In this document: positions 9,701 through 19,886 of the stretch, in pieces | Position numbering within the stretch: position 1 is the first letter of the stretch | Layout: the number at the start of each line of letters is the position of its first letter | Virus record (IMG/VR): IMGVR_UViG_3300009151_000043 | Location: 31,419 to 95,418 of that record | DNA length: 64,000 bases | Origin: a virus | Strand: one strand, 5' to 3' | Notes under the pieces: model-generated | Database searches by the model: none | The model's input: only the letters and a program-made list of their open reading frames with translations | Told to the model about the DNA's origin: nothing | Program-made: the position numbers and the translations under genes

Positions 9701-12700
9701 GTATACTTACAAAACTTCCTGGCAAACCGTACCATTTCCACTCATCAAAAACGTTTACTGGTCCTGGGTTACCTGGAGCGTATGTGAGTGTCGGGGCTGT
9801 TGGTTGGGCTGGGATTACTGATAGCATTATGCTTTTAACGCCAGACGATAATGACCCTGTAGTATTTTCTGCAAAAACCTGTATGTCGTAGTTTCCAGAG
9901 TAGAATGGTTCTCCGTTATTGTCTTTTATAACACAGGATAAAGAGGTAACAGGACTACCCTCGTACGAGGACGGTATCATGAATCTGTTCGGGGCGCTGT
10001 CGCTGGGTGTTATGTAGACACCATATGGCTTCGCTATGGTCTGTATAGAGACTGCGCTAGCATGATTTGCGAGACTTTGCGGAGGGCCGCCATTAATTGT
10101 GTAGTAGTGTAGTGCTGGGGTGTTTCCGCCAGCGGAACTAGGAGGAACCAAGCGTAAGACTACCCCTATAAACCCCCATACATTATTCTGCCAGTCAATC
10201 CACCCATCTAGCTGGTACACAGACCCTCTCCACCAGGTGGTGTCAAAAAATTGTGTAGCTAAATTTCCGTAGGGCCTTACTGCATTAGATATTACTGAGC
10301 GCCCTGAAGTGTGGTCAATAAATGGGTACTCGGCTGTGGGGTTACCTGCTGTAGCTAGCTGTACAGTCACCACGTAATCTTCGCTCTCGGATAGCTGTGT
10401 AGAGTTATCATAAACCGGGAAAGCTGGATTGACGCTGTATATAAACGCTCGTGTAGTGATGGGTGCGCCAGAATACGTAGCGTCAGCCACAACAGCGCTC
10501 GGACCAAACCCGTGAGCGTCTCCGTCGTAACTAAATGGGTACTCTGAATTGCTGTATGTGCCAGGGGCGTAGCTAGCGCGATAAACTTTATAATTGATTG
10601 CGAGATTGCCTGCCCCTCCATCACTCCCAGGGCCACTAAGTGTGAGGCATAGTGCGCCATGTCCTGCAGGAGTAGCGCATCTAGCTATTATGGGTACGGT
10701 GGATGGAGGGTTAACTACATATTTAAATTTCCTTAAAGGTAGCCCGTGATCTGGTAATGGTCTGGAATATTTTGGGTCATTGAGATTAAATGCGTATGTC
10801 CAGTCTCCCCAGCCATTTAAGCTATTTTCAGCTCTGCAATAAGTCTGTAGGTTAGAACCTGCAGGGGGTAGCGCTGCCGTGAAATCCAAATATTTATCGT
10901 GTCCTCCTGCCGCAGGAGGTATTACGCTGCTAGCAGGAAAGGTTTGCACATACTCATCAAATGTTTGTGAGGAGTAATTTACCAGCTTGACAGCATAATT
11001 GATTACTGAGGATCCTCCTGAAGAGAGGGCGGTCCCTATAGTTCCAGGTTCAAATGGGATGCGGATGCCGTCACTGCCTACAGAAATCGGTAGTGTTTGT
11101 GCGGATAGTTGCGGCGGAACAGGCTTACTGTTGGCTGTTATGGCTGCGGCGGATGCTGTGGCTGTAGGTCCGGACCCAGAAAGATTGGTAGCTCTGGCTT
11201 TTATGGCGTAGGTTTTCCCTGCCACTAGTGAACCAGAAGCAGGAAATTTAAAGCTTACATGTTTTGCAGTATACTCACCTGCCTGCAAACTTGTAAGGAA
11301 TACGTAGCCCTGCTCAATAAATATGTTATCTTCAGTCAGCCAACCAGTATTAAAATCTTCAAAACTGAATGCTATTGCAGAGTCATCACTAGAGTTGTAG
11401 GTTATATCGACTTGCAGAGCCCCTGGTAGCGGTGTGAGTAAGAGTGTTGGTGCTCCAGGTAGCGGTTCTTTGGGTGTTGCATATAGGGTTGGACCTACTG
11501 AGCTTTGACCATACTTATTGGTCATGTAAACATTCACAGAATAGTTTATGGTGTTATTCCAAAGTGGATCGCTAGTGTAATTGATGTCGAATAACCCATC
11601 AACATGTAAAAGGTCGTCAGGTACTCTTATACGGTTTGCAGCTATGGCTGAAGGTTTCACAGGTCGGGGCCCCCAGTCGTCGACTTCTACATAATAATTA
11701 AGTACAGGAATCAGAGAATCTGTGGGATTTGGAGCTATACACAAATCAAAGTTATGGTCACCTTCCGCGCAGACCCTGTATACTGGAGGCTGAGGTGGTG
11801 CGTGCATCTCTACAGTAATAGCCTTTGGTGTGGCTGGACCATCCCCAGCTGCTGTACTTGCTCTAAATTTAAGCAGAATCACCCCTAGCGGTAACCCGCT
11901 AACGGTGAAGGTCCGCTGTGTGCTTTGGGCCACGTAGGCTCCGCCGTTAATAGACATCTTGTATGTTACTCCCACTCCTGTTGGGTGAGATGCTGGGGGA
12001 GCGACTGTAACAGTTATCGTTCCTGCCCCAGTGACCTCTGCTGTCACACTAGGTAGTGACGTCGGTAGGGTGTCCTGTGCCCTTACCACTAAAGCTAGCG
12101 GCTTCCCTTTACCTTCAGCGCATTCTGCCACAATGTCTATAGGGTAGTCCACAGCTTCAGCTAGGTTGATTAACACAACTGGTGCTGTGGCGGAAATAAT
12201 TCTTGTGTATGTGTCTCCTCCGTTCCTGGTGTAATAATACCCTGTTACTGGCGAACTTCTGGATGTAGCATCGCGGTTAAAAGAAATCGTTACCTTCTTA
12301 ATCCCGCGTAATATAGATATAAGTGATGGGGCACCTGGGAGCTCCTTAGCAGTAAATGTCAGGCTTTCGGAGGCGGGGCTCACAAACCCATACTCGTTCA
12401 CAGCTTTTAGTTGAATTGTGTACTGCTCACCTATAGTGAGCGCGTAAAGATAGGTACCTATTCTGAAATGCATTAATGGGTTACCAGCAAGCAAGGCACC
12501 TATAAAAGTGTTCACATAGTTGATACTCTCTCCTTCGAAGACGCTCGTTATACCTACCACATCGTTGCGTACAGAAACCCAGTCATCAGATATGGGGGGA
12601 TTGTACGGGTTGGTACTGGTCAGTAGCATTTCAAAGTCTATTAAACGTCCTCCTCCGTCGTTCAGAGGTTTATGTAGCTGTATCATTGGTCGGCTACCGT

Positions 12701-15700
12701 TCGGAGCTATCGATACTCCTGGAGCTATGAAGTCTTCCCAATCCCAGTTAGCTAGGTCTGTGGGTGTGATATATGGTGCTGTTGGCGCACCTATCACTTT
12801 GGTGGTTAATTGCGCTGAAGTGGCGGAACGCCCTCCAGGGTTGACTGCCCGTAATACAACACTATATGTGACACCGTTTGTTAAACCGGATAGTGTTAAT
12901 GGGCTAGCTGTGCTATTTATCCTTAGGAATTCTGTGGGTGCGGTTCCGTCTGTGGTGTATGCCCACTCATAATACGTAGGAGCCTCGAGAGCTAACCCTC
13001 CTGGAGGTAACATAAAGTAGGCTTTTAGCGAAGATTCTGCACTCAGTAAGTTAGGCATTACCACATCTCGTGGAGGGCGTATGGTTCTGCAGGTGTAGGG
13101 AGCTGTTGCAAGACCGAATCCGTGGAGGCTGTTCGCTGCCTTCAATCTTACGTTATATAGGGTATCTCCGTTCAGACCTGTCACGGAGATATGCCACCCA
13201 GGAAAACCTGACGCACTCCAATGCAGTCCTGAAGACACGTATACAGGTGTAGCGTCACCTATCGAGACAGCGTATTGTACGTCTGAAATGTTTGTTTCTC
13301 CACTACTTATGCCGTCGCCATCTAGGAATGCGAAGAATATGTCTAATGCCCCTGTATCAGCTACATAATTGTTGCCTCCTGCACCGTCGGGTTGTGCATA
13401 ACCTTGCACATAATTTATTGTTGGTGCTGCAGGAGCGCCTACAGGAGTAGCTGTAGCCACTAGGGACTCGTCACCATCGCTTACAGCTCCTACCGCTTTA
13501 AGCTTTACGGCGTATTTTATACCATTGCTTAGGTTACTGACGACTATAGGGCTAGCTATCGAATTAACTAGCACGTACTCAGCGGACAAAGGGGGCGTGT
13601 CAGTATACGCAGAAAATCTATATATTATATATTTGTATGCCGTGATAGCTGCTGCCGCACTATTTGCTGGCGGTGTGAAATTGATGCTTACACTTTCCGG
13701 TGTGGCCTCTACCGACGTAATGGTTGGTGCGGTTGGTTTAGCTAATAGTCCGCCAGTTACAGCTGATGATGCGAGGCCGGCACCCTTAGAATTAATTGCT
13801 CTAATACGTATCGGATACGCTGTACCTCTAGTTAATCCTGAGGAAATAACTATAGGTGATGCTGTTGATGGTGGGGAAACGTTGGTGTAACTAGCTCCAT
13901 CATTAATGCTGTAAGCATAATTTGTAACAGCATTAATTCCTTCCGTATCGGGAGGTGTGAAATTCACCGCAACAGATGATAACGCTGGGGTAATGCTAGT
14001 TATTGTGGGCTCTTGCGGTACACTCCCATAGCCTACAGATACAGCAGCTGATTCTTGTCCTCTGCCTAGCGCGTTGATAGCTGCCACCCGGACAACATAC
14101 GTGGTTCCATAGGTTAAATTAGATACGACTATGGGTATTGTTGTAGTTGGTGGGTAGAGCGTCACATACGTCGCTCCGTCATCTAAACTAAAAGCGTAAT
14201 TTATTACTGGGCTGCCGTTGTTGTTTTCAGGTGGGGAAAAGTTGAGTGTTAGTGTTGAGACTGTAGGTGTGACTGTCAGTCGCAATGGTGCGCTAGGAGT
14301 TCCTGCAGGTGCGGCAGACACTGAGGCGGAGGGCTCGCTCTCTCCATTCACATTAACAGCTTTGAGTTTTATACTATATGTTACTCCTGAGGCCAAGGGA
14401 GTCACACCGTCAGCTAATGTGGATACATATATAGGAGTGTCTATTTTACCTGCATAAACATAGACTCCATTATTTATAGAATATTTGTAGTTTGTTATGC
14501 TGGACCCTCCGTTATTCGTTGGTGGAATAAAACGAACGATGAGCTTTTCTCTAGCACTATCTACAGAGGTGATTGTGGGCGCGGTAGGTACAGATGCAGG
14601 CGTAGCAAAAACTGCTGAAGATTGCGGGCCCGAACCTACACCATTAACTGCACGTAATCTTACTTTGTATGTGACCCCATTAATTAAATCTGATAAGTCT
14701 GCAGGTGATTGTGTGATGTCAATACCGTCCACGTAGTCTGTTACTGTCTCACTCCATGCGGTGCCGCCATCTACGCTATATTGATAGCCTACTATAGTGT
14801 CTCCTCCGTCGCTAGCTGGTGGTGTGAATGCCACAGTTAACTTCTCACTGTACGGGAGAATGCTGGTTATTTTGGGGGAATCTGGTGCGCTAGAGTATTT
14901 TCCTACAAAATTGACGTCAGTCAAATTTGCTGTATCTGTGGTGAGTATTATATTTTGAGGTGTGAAGGCATATCTCGTAGACGATGGTGTCAGCAGCACA
15001 GAGCTGTGTTGATAGACAAATATAGAATAAAAGCCAAAAATGTCTGTCGTAGCTGTGTGTCCTTTACCATCAGTCAGCACTATGTCTGCCAGCGGAGCAT
15101 TGTCTGTGTCCGCTATTGTACCACTAGCTAGCACTAAGGGTCCTTCTGTCTTAAAGTTTGCGGCAGCTACGGAAGCATTGGATATAACTACTGCTTTAAA
15201 CCTCGGGGTTATACTATAACCTGCCTTATGGGCGACAAGGTTGTATACCCCTTTTCCGAAGCCGTTAAAAATAAAGTTGCCCTGATCATCTGTCGTGGTC
15301 TTGTATATGCTTCCATTCACGTCGATAGTTACACCTGCGGTAGGGAAGCCTGTTGCCTGGTCGGTTATTTGTCCTGCCAAGGAATACACGTTTTCCAATA
15401 CTTGAACTATAATGGTTAGCGTGTCATAACCGTGATGCAGCGTCGTTGCGACGATTTTTACAGTATATGTTCCTAGCGTTGTACCTGTCCCACTAAGCAC
15501 GTTATCAACTAAAGATAATCCTGCTGGTAAAGCCGTAGCGGAAAAACTGATGGTGTCTCCAGCCTCCACGTCACACACGACAATTGCGAGAGAGCTGCTG
15601 GCTGTAGTGAGAAACGAGGTTGTGCTATTGATTTCTGGGGACAATATACTGACAGGTACAGCTACAACGCAATTAACCGGAGAAGATACACCTACAGTAT

Positions 15701-18700
15701 TAACAGCAGTTAGTGTGACTGCGTAATTTTTTGCTAAACTTTCCGCAGGTACCGTACCTATTATCTCTCCTGTTGCTGTAATAGATAACCCGTCTGGCAA
15801 CCCTTCTGCGTTAAAGTCAGCCGGTGAGTTTAACGCAGCTACCTTAAACAAAGGAGTATCTTGGGTGTAAACTCTGTCCTTCACCAGATACAGTACTCTG
15901 GAATCATTTATGTTGTTTATGGTTGGTACTCCTGGGCGGTACGCAACTAGAGATATTGCTTTAGAGTCACTTCCTGCAGGGTTTGTCGCAGTTATAACTA
16001 CAGGGTAGCTGCGTAGGTTTACTCCGAAAGGCAGCAATACGCCTCCGTACAATTTTCCAGAATATAGGTCGAGAGTAATCCCGGGTGGTAGGCCAGCAGC
16101 ATTGTAGCTGTTTCTGGAAAAGTCTGTTAATCCTGGGGCATAATTATCTGTGTCTCCGTAACCTTGTGAGGCTACAACCGTTAGGCTAGGTTCTGCAAGG
16201 GTGGATGCTTCTGACGAGTTGATGTTTAACTCTAACCCGTCTGTCGGATAACTTATAGCTGGAGCAAAATACGCTGTGTAATTTAACGTAAAGTTCAAAA
16301 CAGCAGACTCGCCATAGCTATTGATGGCGCGGATACCTAGACTAACCAGCATGTCTGCTGTTTCAGTTATCTTACCTGTTATTTGTCCTGTGGCTGGAGA
16401 AAAAGTTAGCCCTCTAGGCAGAGTACCAGTTAGAGCGTACCCTCGTATCGGAGGATTTGTGGTCAGTAAGGAGTACAGTGCGTATTGCTCAGAAAAAGTT
16501 GTGAAGTTATCCACACCAAATAAATTATCTTCGGGAGGGGAGATGAAAGATATTTCAGGAGCATCCTCCGAGGCCACGACTAGATTAATAGTTTGTGGAT
16601 TAGTCGCGTTTCCTGCTGGGTTTGTGGCACCAAAGATTAACTGCAGTGTTTGTCCTGCAGAAAAATTCTCTAACGAACCGTAAAGCTGTCCAGTTTTCTC
16701 GTCAAAATGCAGCCCATTAGGTAACCCTCCTGCAACCTCTATGCTATAAGTAAAAGAACTAGCGTCTTCTGGGAAGTCACTGGACAAGCTATTCATGTTT
16801 GTTGCAACCACATCTAGAATAGGATTATCCTGGGTGTAGGTCGCATTACTAACCACCTGTAGCGGAGAACCTAGAGTATACTTTGAACCTAGCGGAGACG
16901 TGATGACAGGTTTCGCTACATAGTCTAGCGTCAGTTGCGCTACGGCGCCAGGTATTGTTCCTCCCTGGCTACACACATACATAGAGTAGCGTTTGCTTGT
17001 GTCAGGATAAACTCCAAAGGCACTTGCAGTGAAGCTGATGTCGTGCGCTGTGTAGTTCGGTGTGAAAACCAACCAGCTTGGTATGTCTCCCTGTAGCTGT
17101 GTCGAGGTTATTTGAGAGTCTAACGTTACAGTTTGACTAAAAGCTGCTCCCAGTGTCTCTGTCTGTCTAAATATTAATCCTGAAGCTATGACGGTGCCGG
17201 GGCATTCTGCTGCATCTATATTAAGCAGGTTAAACACATCCCCTATCTGTGTGCTTACCTCTCCCTCAACCAGCAATACAGAAATGTCTACACTCCCTCC
17301 TTTTTCTCCACAACCTATATAATACACACTTTCAATAAAAGCGTACTCTCTGCAGCCGAGGTGTACTAGTGGAGAGTCTACTTCAGTTATTCCTGAAGTC
17401 TTCCTTATCTTGTAGTGCCCCTGATGCGTTAATTTTGTGGGCGAAAACAACGCACGTATATCTACCGTTTGCGGAGAGGGATTAAATATAGCTATGACAA
17501 CAGAAAGGTAAGTAACATACTTGCCCAGAGAGTTGTACGACTCGGAAGTGGTGTACTTTACTTTAAAGTATGGCTGGGTATATGCTGCCGCATCCAGATT
17601 ATAGCCTGAAGCTGCGCAATTCATGTTACTGATTACGCCGGTATCCTCTACCTTAAACCAGAGTGTTCCTTCACTAGCTGTAGGCGGAATATCCAGCCTT
17701 ACACGGTTATCATCAAAAACCTCCAGTATGGTATAGCTTCTTATTGTAAGGGGATCGTAGTATATCTTAAGCGTGCGCCCTTCATGATAATACTTGGTGA
17801 ATGTGCTTCCACAAACTATGTATCCAGCTGCCGCAGGATCACTGCAGCGAATAAATGGATTTTTTTCCTGGTTGTGTGTTTCTTCGCAAAAAGCAAGGAC
17901 ATTGAATACTGATGGGTCTTGCTCGTCAGGCTCGCCTCTACCTCTGGTCTCAACGCCGCGTGTAGCGATACTACTTAATTCCTTAACACCATCAGTCACC
18001 CTATTTAAATAATGAGCAAAAGCGTTCATGCTCTCTGGAGGGCATTTTGGGCTGCAAAAATTTTCTATAAATAACGTGTTACCTACGAGCACAGGAGCGT
18101 CAAGCAGAGGAACTGTAGGATCTGTTGCCTGGTGCGTCAGAACATCGAAGAGAGGCTTGTCTACTCTGTTGGTGCTGAACGAGCGGTACTTGTAAAGATA
18201 CCCGCTAGTAATGTTACTGCCGTAGACGGTTGCGTCGTTTGATGTGAGCGTATTGAGTGCATAGCAGCCTGAGGTCTTTAAAAAAAGCGCTCCACTAGTG
18301 TTTGGTGTTACAGTGGCTACACTATAGACATCTGTGATTTTATCTCCTGGCTTGTAACATGGGTCGTAAAGCCCTGCACCTATCCCTGGAAAAACATCTA
18401 ATATCCCGGCCTGTGTGTTAGTTTGATAAAAATCAGTATTGTGGTTAGTTTTAACCGAAGGTACTTCTGGGAAAGAATAATCTTTAATCACAGAGAGCTC
18501 TGGAGAATAGGCCTGGAAAATAAGATGGTCTATCCTTGGCGAAGACATGACGATCGCTGCGGAAGCTAGCTCAGCTTCTCCTGCTATGTATGTCTGTGTG
18601 AAAGGGGGTTTGCTTACTAGTCCTGGGCCAAAAACTATTTTAACACTGAAAAACGGGGTAGAGACTCCGGCAAAGCTTTTAGCGAGGTTATTGCGGTGAT

Positions 18701-18968
18701 CTACTAGCTCAGATGCAGCTATGTTTACAGGAATAAAAATTACATCACCTGTCTCAAAATTATTGAACCAGACGTTAAGCTCTCCCTGACCAGTTTTCTC
18801 TATCTTTGATATGTATACGCTGCGTATCTCCGGAGTGATAGATACAAACAGAATATCATAAAACCAATCGTCCTGAATAGGGTTGGGATTATTGGAGTAT
18901 ATAGCCTTCCACGTTTTAAACGGATACGCGGTCAGACTATTCTGCGTTAAATACTCCAAAGCTAACAT
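6780..18968 (-). CDS. Giant tail fibre/adhesin (4062 aa) with putative-Ig (He_PIG-like), carboxypeptidase-regulatory-like and many Fn3 repeats
   Basis: N-terminus YLTQNSLTAYPF. Repeated LPxGL(T/S)F/I...TG.I.G units. Two GxIxD..G.P.AG/D(V/I) units. Multiple F(T/S)PP..NGGS.ITNY.YS...L..G..Y.(V/I).(L/V)(R/K)A(V/I)N..G Fn3 units. Located in the tail operon. Confidence 0.85.
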   Translation of the reverse strand: MLALEYLTQNSLTAYPFKTWKAIYSNNPNPIQDDWFYDILFVSITPEIRSVYISKIEKTGQGELNVWFNNFETGDVIFIPVNIAASELVDHRNNLAKSFAGVSTPFFSVKIVFGPGLVSKPPFTQTYIAGEAELASAAIVMSSPRIDHLIFQAYSPELSVIKDYSFPEVPSVKTNHNTDFYQTNTQAGILDVFPGIGAGLYDPCYKPGDKITDVYSVATVTPNTSGALFLKTSGCYALNTLTSNDATVYGSNITSGYLYKYRSFSTNRVDKPLFDVLTHQATDPTVPLLDAPVLVGNTLFIENFCSPKCPPESMNAFAHYLNRVTDGVKELSSIATRGVETRGRGEPDEQDPSVFNVLAFCEETHNQEKNPFIRCSDPAAAGYIVCGSTFTKYYHEGRTLKIYYDPLTIRSYTILEVFDDNRVRLDIPPTASEGTLWFKVEDTGVISNMNCAASGYNLDAAAYTQPYFKVKYTTSESYNSLGKYVTYLSVVIAIFNPSPQTVDIRALFSPTKLTHQGHYKIRKTSGITEVDSPLVHLGCREYAFIESVYYIGCGEKGGSVDISVLLVEGEVSTQIGDVFNLLNIDAAECPGTVIASGLIFRQTETLGAAFSQTVTLDSQITSTQLQGDIPSWLVFTPNYTAHDISFTASAFGVYPDTSKRYSMYVCSQGGTIPGAVAQLTLDYVAKPVITSPLGSKYTLGSPLQVVSNATYTQDNPILDVVATNMNSLSSDFPEDASSFTYSIEVAGGLPNGLHFDEKTGQLYGSLENFSAGQTLQLIFGATNPAGNATNPQTINLVVASEDAPEISFISPPEDNLFGVDNFTTFSEQYALYSLLTTNPPIRGYALTGTLPRGLTFSPATGQITGKITETADMLVSLGIRAINSYGESAVLNFTLNYTAYFAPAISYPTDGLELNINSSEASTLAEPSLTVVASQGYGDTDNYAPGLTDFSRNSYNAAGLPPGITLDLYSGKLYGGVLLPFGVNLRSYPVVITATNPAGSDSKAISLVAYRPGVPTINNINDSRVLYLVKDRVYTQDTPLFKVAALNSPADFNAEGLPDGLSITATGEIIGTVPAESLAKNYAVTLTAVNTVGVSSPVNCVVAVPVSILSPEINSTTSFLTTASSSLAIVVCDVEAGDTISFSATALPAGLSLVDNVLSGTGTTLGTYTVKIVATTLHHGYDTLTIIVQVLENVYSLAGQITDQATGFPTAGVTIDVNGSIYKTTTDDQGNFIFNGFGKGVYNLVAHKAGYSITPRFKAVVISNASVAAANFKTEGPLVLASGTIADTDNAPLADIVLTDGKGHTATTDIFGFYSIFVYQHSSVLLTPSSTRYAFTPQNIILTTDTANLTDVNFVGKYSSAPDSPKITSILPYSEKLTVAFTPPASDGGDTIVGYQYSVDGGTAWSETVTDYVDGIDITQSPADLSDLINGVTYKVRLRAVNGVGSGPQSSAVFATPASVPTAPTITSVDSAREKLIVRFIPPTNNGGSSITNYKYSINNGVYVYAGKIDTPIYVSTLADGVTPLASGVTYSIKLKAVNVNGESEPSASVSAAPAGTPSAPLRLTVTPTVSTLTLNFSPPENNNGSPVINYAFSLDDGATYVTLYPPTTTIPIVVSNLTYGTTYVVRVAAINALGRGQESAAVSVGYGSVPQEPTITSITPALSSVAVNFTPPDTEGINAVTNYAYSINDGASYTNVSPPSTASPIVISSGLTRGTAYPIRIRAINSKGAGLASSAVTGGLLAKPTAPTITSVEATPESVSINFTPPANSAAAAITAYKYIIYRFSAYTDTPPLSAEYVLVNSIASPIVVSNLSNGIKYAVKLKAVGAVSDGDESLVATATPVGAPAAPTINYVQGYAQPDGAGGNNYVADTGALDIFFAFLDGDGISSGETNISDVQYAVSIGDATPVYVSSGLHWSASGFPGWHISVTGLNGDTLYNVRLKAANSLHGFGLATAPYTCRTIRPPRDVVMPNLLSAESSLKAYFMLPPGGLALEAPTYYEWAYTTDGTAPTEFLRINSTASPLTLSGLTNGVTYSVVLRAVNPGGRSATSAQLTTKVIGAPTAPYITPTDLANWDWEDFIAPGVSIAPNGSRPMIQLHKPLNDGGGRLIDFEMLLTSTNPYNPPISDDWVSVRNDVVGITSVFEGESINYVNTFIGALLAGNPLMHFRIGTYLYALTIGEQYTIQLKAVNEYGFVSPASESLTFTAKELPGAPSLISILRGIKKVTISFNRDATSRSSPVTGYYYTRNGGDTYTRIISATAPVVLINLAEAVDYPIDIVAECAEGKGKPLALVVRAQDTLPTSLPSVTAEVTGAGTITVTVAPPASHPTGVGVTYKMSINGGAYVAQSTQRTFTVSGLPLGVILLKFRASTAAGDGPATPKAITVEMHAPPQPPVYRVCAEGDHNFDLCIAPNPTDSLIPVLNYYVEVDDWGPRPVKPSAIAANRIRVPDDLLHVDGLFDINYTSDPLWNNTINYSVNVYMTNKYGQSSVGPTLYATPKEPLPGAPTLLLTPLPGALQVDITYNSSDDSAIAFSFEDFNTGWLTEDNIFIEQGYVFLTSLQAGEYTAKHVSFKFPASGSLVAGKTYAIKARATNLSGSGPTATASAAAITANSKPVPPQLSAQTLPISVGSDGIRIPFEPGTIGTALSSGGSSVINYAVKLVNYSSQTFDEYVQTFPASSVIPPAAGGHDKYLDFTAALPPAGSNLQTYCRAENSLNGWGDWTYAFNLNDPKYSRPLPDHGLPLRKFKYVVNPPSTVPIIARCATPAGHGALCLTLSGPGSDGGAGNLAINYKVYRASYAPGTYSNSEYPFSYDGDAHGFGPSAVVADATYSGAPITTRAFIYSVNPAFPVYDNSTQLSESEDYVVTVQLATAGNPTAEYPFIDHTSGRSVISNAVRPYGNLATQFFDTTWWRGSVYQLDGWIDWQNNVWGFIGVVLRLVPPSSAGGNTPALHYYTINGGPPQSLANHASAVSIQTIAKPYGVYITPSDSAPNRFMIPSSYEGSPVTSLSCVIKDNNGEPFYSGNYDIQVFAENTTGSLSSGVKSIMLSVIPAQPTAPTLTYAPGNPGPVNVFDEWKWYGLPGSFVSILTVSWSKVRGATGYTINFPGFDVNITDPNQTVYVLPFDDAGSHGLYNNSKTAGVSIQAYNSVGKSAASPKSPLALRSLAIESYRIIPVAPGKLGVYAYSYKYFSYNEEAALITQISSRSYSIDNGPFLPLTQDSSITLVSNLPTVNKPASVGANPPGAELFKLVGVINLPTSDHTNHKIDLLASGGDFTHTPSFNNVRIPLPPSAPSLSFTNNPAFDSFTNSPAHISIIPGLDNGAKDTGWGVWKKGEVVGKTGYAIGEGEDYSHVIEGYVSLPGSKGALTIDAGCSIQINYITGGTGPSTYVPSLLNTDTYELRYSYTFVYSDYTFSIDTATKTDNSVSPPVTTTYLVRKYADRSDYDYLQPNRLEVDSTLGYAFPSIYKVYTTSSVGNSQAAYIKNPNAIPLCEATIVAVSAGVTSAGSPSFIYHPQGCKMTITVNLHITYYEDTAIWLAVNDPAGTKVKIVNAKAPAGSFTTVVATNLNNYVLPGVYESGEDITLYLFGEISTGVFTKAQLQPETVLSNRSYREVYAASYKAHRTPGILPSKEIRTMYGGQIYNGQITYVGRTITATSAIKLLAPPIPAPPFVRALGLGDDRASIKFQLSRLNMNFFKESPDWDSYNSKYYYRLHFWDKAGTHSVSAEADLSFVPWPAIENYRNEFRSPSSPEWDRNATDNAKKYVVTATAVDSYTIPIANADNYSSISIELRLALATATSYSVGYLSGPTTYGLLTYHSSIASGINLSSPYARYNVPLYTYKIGRYSYMQASRGNMMDPNYTMVLGGCDKYPLDPWCSWGPTKQSVPDHDDHVLSIHNVNSDINKVGIVQLLRRPTNIRCRNEYIWLWNDPASPEFIMVATCDEGPALTKRINIPGPDMSYDKYDYLYGASSLYKLDLPGDRPKFWTWDGAALNQYTPISFVDKTDTENFNDYYSVWGPNTSMTVYGVTASSSLQYYTDFYLSKGLVMGVQNLVGYFSV

Positions 18969-18986
18969 ATTGACCTATTGTAGCAA

Positions 18987-19874
18987 CTACGCAGGGCATG
19001 CGCAATTGGAGTTTATTGTAGATAAATAATTATTTAGCTGGCTGTTGACACTGTTATAATTATCTTTTAAATTTAAAAAGTTATTTTCTAGTGAGGTTAA
19101 TCGCGCTGTCAGGGCCTCCAAGTCGTTGCATCCAGAACAGGGGGTACAGCATGTGTCTTCTAAATTCAATGTGTAGGCTTCTGTACTTGATACCTGCAAA
19201 CAACTGATGCCTAGCAAGCCTATGTCTCCAGACGCTGGGTCTGGAACAACACCATTGATACTCTTGACGCAATTCGTCACTGCACAAATTTTGCTTAAGC
19301 CTAGGTTATCTCCAGCATCAAATAAGACATTATCCCCAGCGTAAGAAAATCTTAAGTTGTTCCTGGAGGTGAGTCGCACATTCCCTGATAGTGTACGTAT
19401 ACCGTGAGCTGAGTCCTCGAAAGCTATACGATCTATTCCTTGCAGCCCTGGAACTATGGTCCTAGGCTCGAATTCTGTGGCTGCCAGATTAAACTGAAAT
19501 GTTCCTGCAGGCTGATAGGCTAGATCTTGGAATTTGCCTATGGTGATTTTACCGTTTGTTCCGGTGTAGTTATCTGTAACACTCAAATAATAGTCTGAGT
19601 CCTCAATATGGTCTGCTTGGGTTATCTCAAAAGTACCTACAGTAACACCGTGGGTATCACTAATCTCTATAGTTAGAGATGTAATCTTATTAAAGATTTT
19701 AGATATAAAAAACCTATCTGTTACGTTTGAGGATGCGCATAGGGTGAAGTCTACTATGAATGTGTCAGGTATACTGAAGTTATTGTCGGTGCTTGTGACA
19801 CTGGCTCCCTCTCTGATCGGATATCTCCGGAGAGCATTCAAAGACAACCAATCTAGACTATCTATCCATGGCAT
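18987..19874 (-). CDS. Baseplate/fibre paralog with Cys cluster and C-terminal coiled coil
   Basis: N-terminus WLSLNALRRYPI; INGVVPDPASGDIGL; CCTPCSGC followed by heptad-like LEALTARLTSLENNF. Confidence 0.65.
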   Translation of the reverse strand: MPWIDSLDWLSLNALRRYPIREGASVTSTDNNFSIPDTFIVDFTLCASSNVTDRFFISKIFNKITSLTIEISDTHGVTVGTFEITQADHIEDSDYYLSVTDNYTGTNGKITIGKFQDLAYQPAGTFQFNLAATEFEPRTIVPGLQGIDRIAFEDSAHGIRTLSGNVRLTSRNNLRFSYAGDNVLFDAGDNLGLSKICAVTNCVKSINGVVPDPASGDIGLLGISCLQVSSTEAYTLNLEDTCCTPCSGCNDLEALTARLTSLENNFLNLKDNYNSVNSQLNNYLSTINSNCACPA

Positions 19875-19886
19875 ATATTTATAGCG

